Source: Ruminococcus sp.
Lineage (GTDB): Bacteria; Bacillota; Clostridia; Oscillospirales; Ruminococcaceae
Length of the DNA: 64,000 nucleotides
Direction of reading: 5' to 3'
Assembly (NCBI GenBank): GCA_017623515.1
Contig: JAGAOV010000015.1
Span: 471 to 64,470 of the forward strand
This document shows positions 48,237 through 58,063 of the stretch, in pieces. How positions within the stretch are numbered: position 1 is the stretch's first letter; each line of letters begins with the position of its first letter. The translations under genes and the position numbers were made by a program. The notes under the pieces are model-generated. The model did not search any database, had not been told where the DNA came from, and worked only from the letters and a program-made list of their open reading frames with translations.

Positions 48237-48995
48237 TCATTCCTGCGCTTTTTTATTCTCATCCCTTAGTCTCTCTTTAAGTCCCTCAAAGATGATATTC
48301 TTCGCCCATACAGCCTGTTCCTTTGTGGCAGGTTCAACGCCCTCCAGAGGATACTCCATTCCAAGCTGCTCATATTTCACGATACCCATAGTATGGTATG
48401 GCAATACATCCAGAGCCTTGAGGTTTGTAAGTCCGCCGAGGAAATAGCCGAGGTCATGCAGCGGCTTTTCTTTCAGAGTGATGCCCGGTACTACTACATG
48501 ACGGATCCATACATCCTTGCCTATATCACGGAGATACTCTGCAAATTCAAGTATATGCTTATTTGATTGTGCAGTAAGCTTCTTATGCTCCTCATCATCA
48601 ATATGCTTTATATCCAGCATAACTAGGTCGGTATACTTCATAAGCTCATCGTACTCGTTACGATTGCTTTCACGGTAGAATATACCCGATGTATCCACAC
48701 AAGTGTGAATACCTCTTTTCTTAGCTTCTCTGAAAAGCTCTGTCACGAATTCCATCTGCATAAGAGGTTCACCGCCTGTAACGGTTATGCCGCCGCTTTT
48801 AAGGAACTCCTTCAGTCCGTCATATTCCTCAAGAAGTGATTCTACAGTACGCTTTTCGCCTGTACACGGCTTCCATGTGTCGGGATTATGGCAGTACTGG
48901 CAGCGCATGGGACAGCCCTGCAAGAAAATTACAAAACGTATACCCGGCCCGTCTACTGTGCCGAAGCTTTCTGTTGAGTGAACAAATCCTTCCAT
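48237..48995 (-). CDS. pflA: Pyruvate formate-lyase activating enzyme
   Basis: ESFGTVDGPGIR, CPMRCQYCHNPD, TGGEP, LPYH. Confidence 0.95.
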   Translation of the reverse strand: MEGFVHSTESFGTVDGPGIRFVIFLQGCPMRCQYCHNPDTWKPCTGEKRTVESLLEEYDGLKEFLKSGGITVTGGEPLMQMEFVTELFREAKKRGIHTCVDTSGIFYRESNRNEYDELMKYTDLVMLDIKHIDDEEHKKLTAQSNKHILEFAEYLRDIGKDVWIRHVVVPGITLKEKPLHDLGYFLGGLTNLKALDVLPYHTMGIVKYEQLGMEYPLEGVEPATKEQAVWAKNIIFEGLKERLRDENKKAQE

Positions 48996-49015
48996 ATTTT
49001 ACCTCCAAAAATAAA

Positions 49016-49087
49016 TGTGCGAAGCACACCTACTAAGGCTCCCCTTAGTAAGGGGAGCTGTCAGCGTAAGCTGACTGAGGGGATTGA
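49016..49087. repeat. Single REP arm (half element), copy D
   Basis: AAGGCTCCCCTTAGTAAGGGGAGCTGTCAGC-GTAA-GCTGACTGAGGGGATTG with part of the shared left flank. Confidence 0.8.
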
Positions 49088-49188
49088 AACCGCCTCATAC
49101 TTTAATAGAACTAAACAAATACGGGCGCACCCGAAAGCACGCCCGCATAGATTCATATCTTCTTCAATGAACGAAATCCGATGCTGAA

Positions 49189-49428
49189 TTAGAGAGCAGC
49201 GTGGAATGTTCTGGAGATAACGTCATCCTGCTGTTCCTTTGTCAGCTTGATGAAGTTTACAGCGTAACCGCTTACACGGATTGTCAGCTGCGGATACTTT
49301 TCCGGATGCTGCTGAGCGTCCAGAAGCATATCTCTGTTCAGAACGTTTACGTTCAGGTGGTGGCCGCCCTTTTCAGCGTAGCCGTCGAGAAGTTCTACCA
49401 GATTGTCGATCTGCTTTTCATTTGCCAT
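49189..49428 (-). CDS. Stand-alone PFL glycyl-radical domain (GrcA/YfiD-like)
   Basis: HLNVNVLNR…[13 protein letters not shown]…[11 protein letters not shown]; own AAGGAGG RBS. Confidence 0.92.
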   Translation of the reverse strand: MANEKQIDNLVELLDGYAEKGGHHLNVNVLNRDMLLDAQQHPEKYPQLTIRVSGYAVNFIKLTKEQQDDVISRTFHAAL

Positions 49429-49454
49429 GATAAGTTCCTCCTTAAAAAATCATA

Positions 49455-49661
49455 TCAATATTCTTCCATAAATTCAGTGGGCTGGCAGCAAGCCATATTG
49501 CCCTTTGAGCAGTCCATGCTGCGGTAGGTGTCCACCTTGAGTCCGCCCTTTTCAAGCTCCTCCGGTGTCACTGTTACGTGTCCTGTACCGTTCGCCATAA
49601 GACGTTCGATCATTTCAACTATGTCATCCTCCTGCTGTCTTGCTTCAGGTTCAAAAGCCAT
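49455..49661 (-). CDS. 68-aa Cys-tailed protein resembling the N-terminal part of the glycyl-radical domain
   Basis: GAGGTGAGG RBS; fills the pflB-grcA gap; QQEDDIVEMIERLMANGTGHVTV aligns without gaps to [23 protein letters not shown]. Confidence 0.7.
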   Translation of the reverse strand: MAFEPEARQQEDDIVEMIERLMANGTGHVTVTPEELEKGGLKVDTYRSMDCSKGNMACCQPTEFMEEY

Positions 49662-49692
49662 TTTGCGCCTCACCTCTTTTCGTCAGGAAAAA

Positions 49693-51777
49693 TTAGTCCT
49701 TCATAGCCTCTCTGATGGACTCGATGTCGATGTCGCCAGCGAATACGCCTGCATCCTTACCGAGAGCATCCGGAATAACTGTGAATGTGTTGGAAATACC
49801 ATCCTGTGCGTTTACGAAAGGCAGCTTAGCAACAGATGCCATAGAAGCAGCTGCACCGTGAGTATCTCTGCCGTGCATCGGGTTTGCACCAGGAGCAAGC
49901 GGCTCGCCCATCTTACGTCCGTCAGGTGTATTACCAGTCTTCTTACCGTATACTACGTTGGAAGTAATTGTCAGAATGGATGTGGTCGGAACACCGTTTC
50001 TGTAGCAGTGGTTGCTTCTTACCATATCCATGAATCTGTTCAGGATGTCAACTGCGATCTCGTCTACACGGTCATCGTTGTTGCCGTACTTCGGGAACTC
50101 GCCCTCAACCTCAAAGTCAACTACTACACCGAATTCGTCACGGATGCACTTAACCTTTGCGTACTTCATAGCGGACAGGGAGTCAGCTACTACAGACAGA
50201 CCTGCGATACCTGTAGCGAAGTAACGCTTTACATCTCTGTCGTGGAGAGCCATCTGGAGTGACTCATAGCAGTACTTGTCGTGCATGTAGTGGATGCAGT
50301 TCAGTGTATCTACATAGAGCTTAGCCAGCCATTCCATCATGTCGATGTACTTATCCATTACATCGTTGTAATCGAGGTAGTCACCTTCAACAGGTCTGTA
50401 CTTCGGGCCAACCTGATTGTGCTTGCCTGTCTTCTTGTCGATTCTTTCATCAACACCGCCGTTGATAGCGTACAGCAGAGCCTTTGCAAGGTTTGCACGT
50501 GCGCCGAAGAACTGCATTTCCTTACCAACTCTCATGGAGGATACGCAGCAAGCGATTGCATAGTCATCGCCGTGTGTTACTCTCATCATGTCATCGTTCT
50601 CATACTGGAAGGAAGATGTGTTGATAGAAAGCTTAGCGCAGTATCTCTTGAATGCTTCAGGCAGTCTCTTAGACCAGAGAACTGTCAGGTTCGGCTCCGG
50701 AGCTGTACCCAGATTCTCAAGTGTGTGGAGGTAACGGAAAGTGGTCTTTGTAACCAGTGTTCTGCCGTCTACGCCCATACCGCCCAGAGACTCTGTAACC
50801 CACTGCGGGTCACCGGAGAACAGTGCGTTGTATTCAGGAGTTCTTGCGAACTTAACCATACGCAGCTTCATGATGAAGTGGTCGATATATTCCTGAGCCT
50901 GTTCTTCTGTAAGAACGCCGTTGTCCATATCTCTCTTGATATATACGTCAAGGAAAGTAGCTGTACGGCCAAGGCTCATTGCTGCGCCATTCTGATCCTT
51001 AACTGCGCCCAGATAGCCGAAGTATGTCCACTGTATAGCTTCCTTAGCATTTGCAGCCGGCTTGGAAATATCATAGCCGTACTTGGAAGCCATGCTTGCC
51101 AGAGCCTTCAGTGCTCTGATCTGCTCTGCGATTTCCTCACGCAGACGGATCTTTTCATCTGTCATTGTACCGTATACGGAAGCCTTCTGAGCCTGCTTGT
51201 CTTCGATCAGCTTGTCGATACCATACAGAGCAACTCTTCTGTAGTCGCCGATGATTCTGCCTCTGCCGTAAGCGTCCGGCAGACCGGTGATGATTGCATT
51301 GTGACGTGCAGAAAGCATTTCGGGAGTATATACATCAAATACACCTGCATTGTGTGTCTTGCGGTACTTTGTGAAAATCTCACTGATTTCCGGATCAACT
51401 TCGTAGCCATAGGACTTGCATGCACCCTCTGCCATACGGATACCGCCGAAGGGCTGAAGAGAACGCTTCAGGGGCTTATCTGTCTGGAAGCCTACGATTG
51501 TTTCCAGCTCCTTGTTAAGATAACCAGCTTCGTGAGAATCAACTGTAGATACGATCTTGGTATCCATGTCGATTACGCCGCCGTTTTCTCTTTCCTGACG
51601 GAACAGATCCAGAACCTGCTCCCAAAGCTTTGTTGTAGACTCTGTCGGACCTGCGAGGAAGCTTTCGTCACCCTCATAAGGTGTGTAGTTCTTCTGAATG
51701 AAGTCACGTACATCAATCATAGATGTCCATGAACCGCCGTTAAATCCTTCCCATTCCTTGGGCATTACCTGTGCCAT
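49693..51777 (-). CDS. pflB: Pyruvate formate-lyase core lacking the C-terminal glycyl-radical domain
   Basis: [40 protein letters not shown]; ends shortly after [17 protein letters not shown]; no RVSGY. Confidence 0.93.
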   Translation of the reverse strand: MAQVMPKEWEGFNGGSWTSMIDVRDFIQKNYTPYEGDESFLAGPTESTTKLWEQVLDLFRQERENGGVIDMDTKIVSTVDSHEAGYLNKELETIVGFQTDKPLKRSLQPFGGIRMAEGACKSYGYEVDPEISEIFTKYRKTHNAGVFDVYTPEMLSARHNAIITGLPDAYGRGRIIGDYRRVALYGIDKLIEDKQAQKASVYGTMTDEKIRLREEIAEQIRALKALASMASKYGYDISKPAANAKEAIQWTYFGYLGAVKDQNGAAMSLGRTATFLDVYIKRDMDNGVLTEEQAQEYIDHFIMKLRMVKFARTPEYNALFSGDPQWVTESLGGMGVDGRTLVTKTTFRYLHTLENLGTAPEPNLTVLWSKRLPEAFKRYCAKLSINTSSFQYENDDMMRVTHGDDYAIACCVSSMRVGKEMQFFGARANLAKALLYAINGGVDERIDKKTGKHNQVGPKYRPVEGDYLDYNDVMDKYIDMMEWLAKLYVDTLNCIHYMHDKYCYESLQMALHDRDVKRYFATGIAGLSVVADSLSAMKYAKVKCIRDEFGVVVDFEVEGEFPKYGNNDDRVDEIAVDILNRFMDMVRSNHCYRNGVPTTSILTITSNVVYGKKTGNTPDGRKMGEPLAPGANPMHGRDTHGAAASMASVAKLPFVNAQDGISNTFTVIPDALGKDAGVFAGDIDIESIREAMKD

Positions 51778-51884
51778 TGTCATCTCTCCTTTGCTTTTTA
51801 AGCAAAAAATTATTTTTTGTTTCCGGAAAAGCTCTGGAATACCATGCTTAATGCATTCCATAACCTTTCCTTTGACCCAATCTA

Positions 51885-51913
51885 ATAATATCACATCTCA
51901 CCAATGATGTCAA
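51885..51913 (-). promoter_or_regulatory. pfl operon promoter
   Basis: TTGACA-17-TATTAT. Confidence 0.65.
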
Positions 51914-52048
51914 TAGATTTTTGCTGATTCCATTTATTTTTAAAACTATAATACCCTTTCTGCTTTATTTCATTCATAAGGCTTATTGATACTTAATATT
52001 ATTAAGCGGAATACTGTTCCCTGTTTTGCAGCTATCTGATCGTGTGGC

Positions 52049-52341
52049 AAATTGTGGCTTGCATGCGCCGAAGGCGCACCACGAAAGGCTCCCCTTAGTA
52101 AGGGGTGATTCCCCGCAGTGCGGGGAAATGTCCCGAAGGGACAAAGGGGACCGGCTCGTGGAGCCTGTCAGCAATAGCTGACTGAGGGGATTGCGGAGAG
52201 AGAAGCAGATTATAATTTTCAGCTATACTCGCTTGACACAATCCCCTCCGTCACGCCTGCGGCGTGCCACCTCCCCTTACTAAGGGGAGGCTTTCGATTC
52301 GCTCTTCAATACAAACAAGAACCAACGATAAACTCCAATTT
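52049..52341. repeat. REPIN/MITE-like element, copy E, with nested ~56-bp palindromic insertion
   Basis: Same arms and flanks as copies B and C; left arm interrupted at ~52106-52161. Confidence 0.85.
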
Positions 52342-52369
52342 ATAACACAACAACCAAACCAACAAACGC

Positions 52370-52403
52370 AAAAAGAGCCTGTCCCGAAGGACAGACTCCT
52401 TTT
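52370..52403 (-). terminator. gap terminator
   Basis: GAGTCTGTCC-TTCG-GGACAGGCTC hairpin plus TTTTT. Confidence 0.8.
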
Positions 52404-52424
52404 AAAATTCAAGTTAAAACAAAC

Positions 52425-53462
52425 TTATGCAAGCTCAGCGAAGTACTTGATTGTACGAACCATCTGGCTTGTGTAGCTGTTCTCGTTGTCGTACCAAGAA
52501 ACAACCTGTACTTCATACAGATCTTCAGCGATCTGAGCTACCATTGTCTGAGTAGCATCAAACAGAGAACCGTACTTCATGCCGATAACGTCAGAAGAAA
52601 CGATCTGCTCTTCAGTGTAACCATAGGACTCTGTAGCAGCAGCCTTCATAGCAGCGTTGATGCCTTCCTTAGTTACGTCTGTACCCTTAACAACAGCTGT
52701 AAGGATTGTTGTAGAACCTGTCGGAACCGGTACTCTCTGTGCAGAACCGATCAGCTTGCCGTTCAGTTCCGGAATTACCAGACCGATTGCCTTAGCAGCA
52801 CCAGTGGAGTTCGGAACGATGTTAGCTGCGCCAGCTCTTGCTCTTCTCAGGTCGCCCTTTCTGTGAGGACCGTCGAGGATCATCTGATCGCCTGTGTAAG
52901 CGTGGATTGTGCTCATGATACCGCTCTGGATCGGAGCATAGTCGTTCAGTGCCTTAGCCATAGGAGCGAGGCAGTTTGTTGTACAAGATGCAGCAGAGAT
53001 GATTGTGTCTTCTGCTGTCAGAGTGTCGTGGTTTACATTGTAAACGATTGTCGGCAGATCGTTACCAGCCGGAGCAGAAATAACAACCTTCTTAGCACCA
53101 GCGTCGATGTGAGCCTGAGACTTAGCCTTGGATACATAGAAGCCTGTGCACTCCAGAACTACGTCTACACCGATCTCGCCCCAAGGAAGCTCAGCAGCAT
53201 TAGCCTTAGCGTAGATCTTCAGTGTCTTACCGTCAACTGTGATTGTACCAGCTTCATCATCAGCTTCTACAGTGTGAAGGTTTTCACCCATCTTACCGCA
53301 GTAGCCACCCTGTGCTGTATCATACTTCAGCAGGTGTGCGAGCATAGAAGGCTTAGTAAGATCGTTGATTGCAACTACCTCATAACCCTCTGCACCGAAC
53401 ATCTGACGGAATGCAAGACGACCGATACGGCCGAAACCATTAATAGCAACTTTAACTGACAT
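52425..53462 (-). CDS. gap: Glyceraldehyde-3-phosphate dehydrogenase
   Basis: [23 protein letters not shown]. Confidence 0.97.
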   Translation of the reverse strand: MSVKVAINGFGRIGRLAFRQMFGAEGYEVVAINDLTKPSMLAHLLKYDTAQGGYCGKMGENLHTVEADDEAGTITVDGKTLKIYAKANAAELPWGEIGVDVVLECTGFYVSKAKSQAHIDAGAKKVVISAPAGNDLPTIVYNVNHDTLTAEDTIISAASCTTNCLAPMAKALNDYAPIQSGIMSTIHAYTGDQMILDGPHRKGDLRRARAGAANIVPNSTGAAKAIGLVIPELNGKLIGSAQRVPVPTGSTTILTAVVKGTDVTKEGINAAMKAAATESYGYTEEQIVSSDVIGMKYGSLFDATQTMVAQIAEDLYEVQVVSWYDNENSYTSQMVRTIKYFAELA

Positions 53463-53720
53463 TGGAATTACCTCCTAAATTTTTATATCTCTATTGTACA
53501 CCAATTCTAAAAAAAATTCAAGCACTTTCAGAAAAAAACAATGTCTAACCCACCTAAGTTCTATGTTTTTCTCCATTTTAACCAAATTATGTTCTTGCGT
53601 ATTGTACAAAAAGCACAATCTTACTCCTTTTCGATAAAAATATAGAAATTTCGCTTTCAATATTCTAAAATACATAGTATAATTAAAGCATAAAATATGA
53701 TACGAAAGGAGACTTTTGAT

Positions 53721-54806
53721 ATGTCAGATGAACTGCTCGGTTTTTTCAAAGAAGCATACCAAAATGATTCTGTGTGTGTTCTTATTCTCGACAGCCGCTT
53801 TTCTCTTGTTTGGCACAACGGAAAGCCCGCACCATTCACCATCCAATCAGATACAGATTTCAAAGCTGAACTGAATATTATGTCTGAGGAAATGCCTGAC
53901 AGCGGTGATTATTCCTATTATCATGATGGAATCCTTTACGAATACCATCTTAACAATGTATCAGACAAGTATTTCATCATATCATGCAGCTATGAACCTG
54001 CCCTTATCCGTTTCATAGGAAACAGTGACTCAAGAAAAACTTTGGAAAATATTCTGTCCTCAAGATTTGTGAATACTCAGGGTATTGCCGCTGCTGCCGC
54101 CTCACTCAATGATAAATTTGAGGAACTTGACATCACCGAAAATTCCGAAAAGGAACTCTATCAGCAGCTCAATATTATTATGGGACACTGCTCCCATATT
54201 CTAAAAGAACATTATATTTTCAATGAAGTCCTTCTGTATCAGAATGAGGAATCTGAACCAGAAACAACTGACTGCGCAATGCTCATCGAGGACTTTGTAA
54301 AACAATGCAAATATGTTATTGGCTCTAAAAACGGCTCTCATATCATCTGCCATGCCGAACCTGATCTGCCTGTGAACGTTTCCGGAAAGCGTCTGCATTT
54401 TTTAATGCTCTGCCTTCTTGTAGAAATCTTCAGAAACTCCAGTGAAGTCCTGCGTATAGTAATAAACGGAGAGGAAAACAACGGAATTATTACCATTGGT
54501 ATTTCCGCTTCTCCTGTAGGTGAAACTCCGGATATTCCCCCTCTTCTCAGCCGTTCCACTCCTATTCACAAGGATTCGCCTGAATTTGCAAACTGCGGCA
54601 CAATATTAGAAGCTTTCCAGAATAAATACAGCTGCAAAATCAGCAAATATACATTCCTTGGCAATATAGGTTATCGTATTTGTTTGCCTGCGGCTGATAT
54701 TTCCCAGGGAATACATCTTAGTTCAAACGGAATATGCCGTACTGATTATATGATCTCTCCCTACCATGCCATGTTATTTGATATTTCTGATTTCAGGTAT
54801 TATTGA
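53721..54806 (+). CDS. Hypothetical protein, possibly a degenerate sensor-kinase fold
   Basis: Long ORF with AAGGAG RBS; PAS-like start (CVLILDSRFSLVWHN); no clear H/N/G boxes. Confidence 0.6.
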   Translation: MSDELLGFFKEAYQNDSVCVLILDSRFSLVWHNGKPAPFTIQSDTDFKAELNIMSEEMPDSGDYSYYHDGILYEYHLNNVSDKYFIISCSYEPALIRFIGNSDSRKTLENILSSRFVNTQGIAAAAASLNDKFEELDITENSEKELYQQLNIIMGHCSHILKEHYIFNEVLLYQNEESEPETTDCAMLIEDFVKQCKYVIGSKNGSHIICHAEPDLPVNVSGKRLHFLMLCLLVEIFRNSSEVLRIVINGEENNGIITIGISASPVGETPDIPPLLSRSTPIHKDSPEFANCGTILEAFQNKYSCKISKYTFLGNIGYRICLPAADISQGIHLSSNGICRTDYMISPYHAMLFDISDFRYY

Positions 54807-54808
54807 TC

Positions 54809-54843
54809 AAAAAACGGGACTGTCTGCGCAGTCCCGTTTCTTT
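54809..54843. terminator. Bidirectional terminator
   Basis: AAACGGGACTG…CAGTCCCGTTT between convergent genes. Confidence 0.8.
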
Positions 54844-54850
54844 GTCATAT

Positions 54851-55945
54851 TTACACGTTGAATCTGAACAGAACAATATCTCCGTCCTGCATTACATATT
54901 CCTTACCTTCAAGACGTACAACGCCCTTTTCCTTTGCAGCAGCCATTGTTCCGCATTCCATGAGATCGTCGAATGACACGACCTCCGCACGAATAAAGCC
55001 CTTCTCAAAGTCTGTATGTATCTTTCCGGCAGCCTGAGGAGCTTTTGTACCTCGGGTAATAGTCCATGCTCTTACCTCCGGTGCGCCTGCTGTCAGGTAG
55101 GAAATAAGTCCCAGCAGACTGTATCCCTCACGGATGATTCTGTTAAGACCGGATTCCTCAAGATTCAGCTCTGAAAGAAACATTGCCTTGTCCTCTGCGT
55201 CCATATCGGATATTTCAGCCTCTATCTGTGCGCAGATAGGCAGTACAGCGGACTTTTCCTCCTCTGCAATAGCGCATACTGTCTTGTAATGCTCATTAGC
55301 GTCAATACCGCCTGTAAAATCTGCCTCGCTGAGATTTGCCGCATAGATAACAGGCTTTGCGGAAAGAAGAGGAGTTTCCTTTATCCATGCTCTTTCCTCG
55401 TCTGTAAAGTCAAATCCTCTTGCAGACTTGCCCTCTTCCAGATGTGCTTTCAGTCTTTCAAGGAAGTCAACCTGTCCCTGAAGTTTCTTGTCACCCTTGA
55501 GAGCTTTCTTTGTTCGGTCAATGCGTCTTGTCACAACGTCAATATCCGCAAATACAAGCTCCAGATTGATAGTTTCAATATCTCTTGCAGGATTGATATT
55601 TCCGTCAACATGGATGATATTTACATCCTCAAAGCAGCGCACAACATGAACGATAGCGTCAACCTCACGTATATCCGCAAGAAACTTGTTTCCCAGTCCC
55701 TCACCCTTTGACGCACCCTTTACAAGTCCTGCAATATCAACGAATTCCAGTGTTGCAGGAGTAAACTTTTCGGGATTATACATTTCTGCCAGCTTATCAA
55801 GACGTGAATCCGGAACAGAAACGATACCTATATTCTTTTCAATCGTGCAGAAAGGATAATTTGCAGATTCTGCGCCTGCATTTGTAAGAGCGTTAAACAG
55901 GGTACTCTTTCCTACATTAGGAAGTCCAACCATACCAAGCTTCAT
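54851..55945 (-). CDS. ychF: Redox-regulated ATPase YchF
   Basis: GLPNVGKST, ANYPFCTI, DIAGLV, IHTDFEKGFIRAE. Confidence 0.96.
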   Translation of the reverse strand: MKLGMVGLPNVGKSTLFNALTNAGAESANYPFCTIEKNIGIVSVPDSRLDKLAEMYNPEKFTPATLEFVDIAGLVKGASKGEGLGNKFLADIREVDAIVHVVRCFEDVNIIHVDGNINPARDIETINLELVFADIDVVTRRIDRTKKALKGDKKLQGQVDFLERLKAHLEEGKSARGFDFTDEERAWIKETPLLSAKPVIYAANLSEADFTGGIDANEHYKTVCAIAEEEKSAVLPICAQIEAEISDMDAEDKAMFLSELNLEESGLNRIIREGYSLLGLISYLTAGAPEVRAWTITRGTKAPQAAGKIHTDFEKGFIRAEVVSFDDLMECGTMAAAKEKGVVRLEGKEYVMQDGDIVLFRFNV

Positions 55946-56006
55946 ATTAGCACCATCCTTATTTTTTATCATTACGGCTGCCGCCGCTTTATTTCACATG
56001 CATATT

Positions 56007-56035
56007 ATTATAACGTTTTTTCACTCATATGTCAA
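56007..56035 (-). promoter_or_regulatory. ychF promoter
   Basis: TTGACA-17-TATAAT. Confidence 0.75.
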
Positions 56036-56087
56036 GAACAAGAAAATGAGGCTGACACCTCTGTGCCAGCCTCATATGTTTATTTTG

Positions 56088-57860
56088 TTATGAAACGAGT
56101 GCCTTTGTTTTTGCCGGACTTAAAAGTGCCTTTGTGAGTGCTACTGCGTCTGTAAGCTCAACCTCGCCGTCATCGTCATAGTCACAGATAACATCCTGCG
56201 CATTTGTCTTCTCTTCAGATATAAGGTAATTTACGATTGCACGAACGTCACTGCCGTTTACCTTTCCGTTCATGGATGCGTCGCCGGTATAGAATGTCTG
56301 GATGTTTACTTCAACGGAGTTTCTCTTTTCAGTACCCTTGCCGTAATAGAAAATTCCGTAGGATGCGTCATAAGCACCACGAATTTCATATTCCTTTACG
56401 ATGATCTGACTTTCGTCTACTGTTGCTTCCCATTCATCGTAAGTATAATATGTATCGCCTTTCACACCACTGTACATACCGCCCTTAATGTTATAACCAG
56501 GATCTGCCTTGATTGTCTCAATGATGTAGCATCTGTCAAGCATATCAATCTTGTTGTTTGCTTCGCCTATTGTAACTGTCTCAAATGTAAGATCAGATTC
56601 AAACTCAGTTGTTGTTGTTACTACAGGAGCTTTATCGTAAATCAGTGTAACGCTCTGAATAGTAACATAATCAGCAGTCGGCCAGTAGATAGAAATCTTC
56701 ATTGTTGTTTCGATCTGTGCCGGAACTTCATCTGTGTATGAAACGATCTTGTTTGTAGGAACATTTACCTTCTGATCATTTGGGAACCAATCGTTCAGCT
56801 CATTATTCCAGCAGCCGTAAGAAACGGTGGCTTCAGTATCAGAAGAGGATACCTTGAATACAACCTTTACTCTGTCTGCACCCTTAGGGTCAAATTCTAC
56901 AAAAGCATGATAAGAACCGTTGTCACCCTTTTCTTTCTCCTGAACAAAGTCAATGGATGTCTCCAGAGTTACAGATGTAGTAGTTGTTGCCTTTGGTGTA
57001 GTTGTAGTGGTAGTTGTTGTTGCCTTTGGTGTAGTTGTAGTTGCTGTAGTGGTAGTTGTTGTTGCAGTTGTTTCCTTAGTAGTTGTAGTTGTTTCGCTTG
57101 CAGAAGATTCAGTTTTCTCTGTTGTAGATGTTGTTTCACTGCTCTCTGTTGTGTCAGGCTCAGTGGTTGTTGTTGTAGTTGTTGTTTCACTGCTCTCTGT
57201 TACATCAGATTCAGTGGTTGTTGTTTCACTGCTCTCTGTTGTATCAGGTGCGGTGGTTGTTGTCTCTGTTGTAGTTGTGGTTGTTTCAATTGTTGTGGTT
57301 GTTGTTTCGGTTGTGGTTGTGGTGGTGTCCTCGCCCTGCTCAACACCTGTACCTGTTAATGTAAATGTTATACTCAAAGTTTCACCATTCGCAACTGTAA
57401 GCGGCACCGCATTTGTCCAATCATTGATCACTGTACATCTCCAGCCATCTGAACCACCCCACTGATCTGAAACAGGAGTGGAATCAATTGTTACAGCTTC
57501 ACCTGCTACAGCAATGGAATCAACTGTAAATTCAAGGTCGTTATATACACCTGAACCTAAATTAGTCTGAACAGACAGGAAATTAAATGTTGCTGTGCCG
57601 CCTTCTAATGTAACAGAAACTGTATACTGACCGTCACCAGTAATTACAGCATCCTCTACAGCAGATACATTTGCAAATTCACCTTCCACCTCCCAGCGAT
57701 TACAGTTGCCACCGGCAAAATAGATATACGCATTACCAATGCTTTCCGCCGCATCAGCATGATTAATCGTAACACCTGCAAAAGTCGCAGTAACCGCACA
57801 AACAGCCGCCGCTGCTACTGCTATCGTCTGCGTCAACTGCTTTTTAATTTTTGTCTTCAT
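56088..57860 (-). CDS. Secreted dockerin protein with long Thr-rich linker and unassigned beta-rich domains
   Basis: Signal peptide (…HADA), ITGDGQYTVSV domain, ~120-aa Thr/Ser/Glu linker, GDASMNGKVNGSD…DYDDDGEVELTD dockerin. Confidence 0.8.
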   Translation of the reverse strand: MKTKIKKQLTQTIAVAAAAVCAVTATFAGVTINHADAAESIGNAYIYFAGGNCNRWEVEGEFANVSAVEDAVITGDGQYTVSVTLEGGTATFNFLSVQTNLGSGVYNDLEFTVDSIAVAGEAVTIDSTPVSDQWGGSDGWRCTVINDWTNAVPLTVANGETLSITFTLTGTGVEQGEDTTTTTTETTTTTIETTTTTTETTTTAPDTTESSETTTTESDVTESSETTTTTTTTEPDTTESSETTSTTEKTESSASETTTTTKETTATTTTTTATTTTPKATTTTTTTTPKATTTTSVTLETSIDFVQEKEKGDNGSYHAFVEFDPKGADRVKVVFKVSSSDTEATVSYGCWNNELNDWFPNDQKVNVPTNKIVSYTDEVPAQIETTMKISIYWPTADYVTIQSVTLIYDKAPVVTTTTEFESDLTFETVTIGEANNKIDMLDRCYIIETIKADPGYNIKGGMYSGVKGDTYYTYDEWEATVDESQIIVKEYEIRGAYDASYGIFYYGKGTEKRNSVEVNIQTFYTGDASMNGKVNGSDVRAIVNYLISEEKTNAQDVICDYDDDGEVELTDAVALTKALLSPAKTKALVS

Positions 57861-58063
57861 AGTTATTCATCCTTTCAAATTTTTCTGGTTTCGTTCTGTT
57901 ACTGCAAAATGCACAATTTGCCTTTCGCAGTGTTCTATATCCTTTATTATAAAACGATTCGGCTTACTATTGTTTAAGAAATAGTGAACAATACATTGAC
58001 AAAAGTTAAATTTTGAAAATTCTGTAACTCCTCATAAGCAAAACGTGAACTGCACCCACTTTT

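Noticed and set aside
49189-49760. pflB pseudogene or programmed frameshift/readthrough joining the pieces
   Set aside because: A 264-bp gap holds a separate ORF that is out of frame with both neighbours; each small gene has its own RBS, and all catalytic motifs are intact
50281-51732. 483-aa plus-strand ORF (similarly 18682-19908, 33921-34922, 35407-36108, 52863-53459 and minus-strand 4188-5024)
   Set aside because: Antisense shadows of conserved, codon-biased genes (pflB, ftsZ, tuf, fusA, gap, ygiQ); no recognisable motifs
51784-51894. N-terminal extension of pflB in the ORF track
   Set aside because: It overlaps the promoter; the AAGGAG RBS supports a start at 51777
56970-57330. Short tandem repeats as a CRISPR array
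   Set aside because: These are Thr-codon repeats within an ORF; no constant repeat/unique spacer pattern and no cas genes
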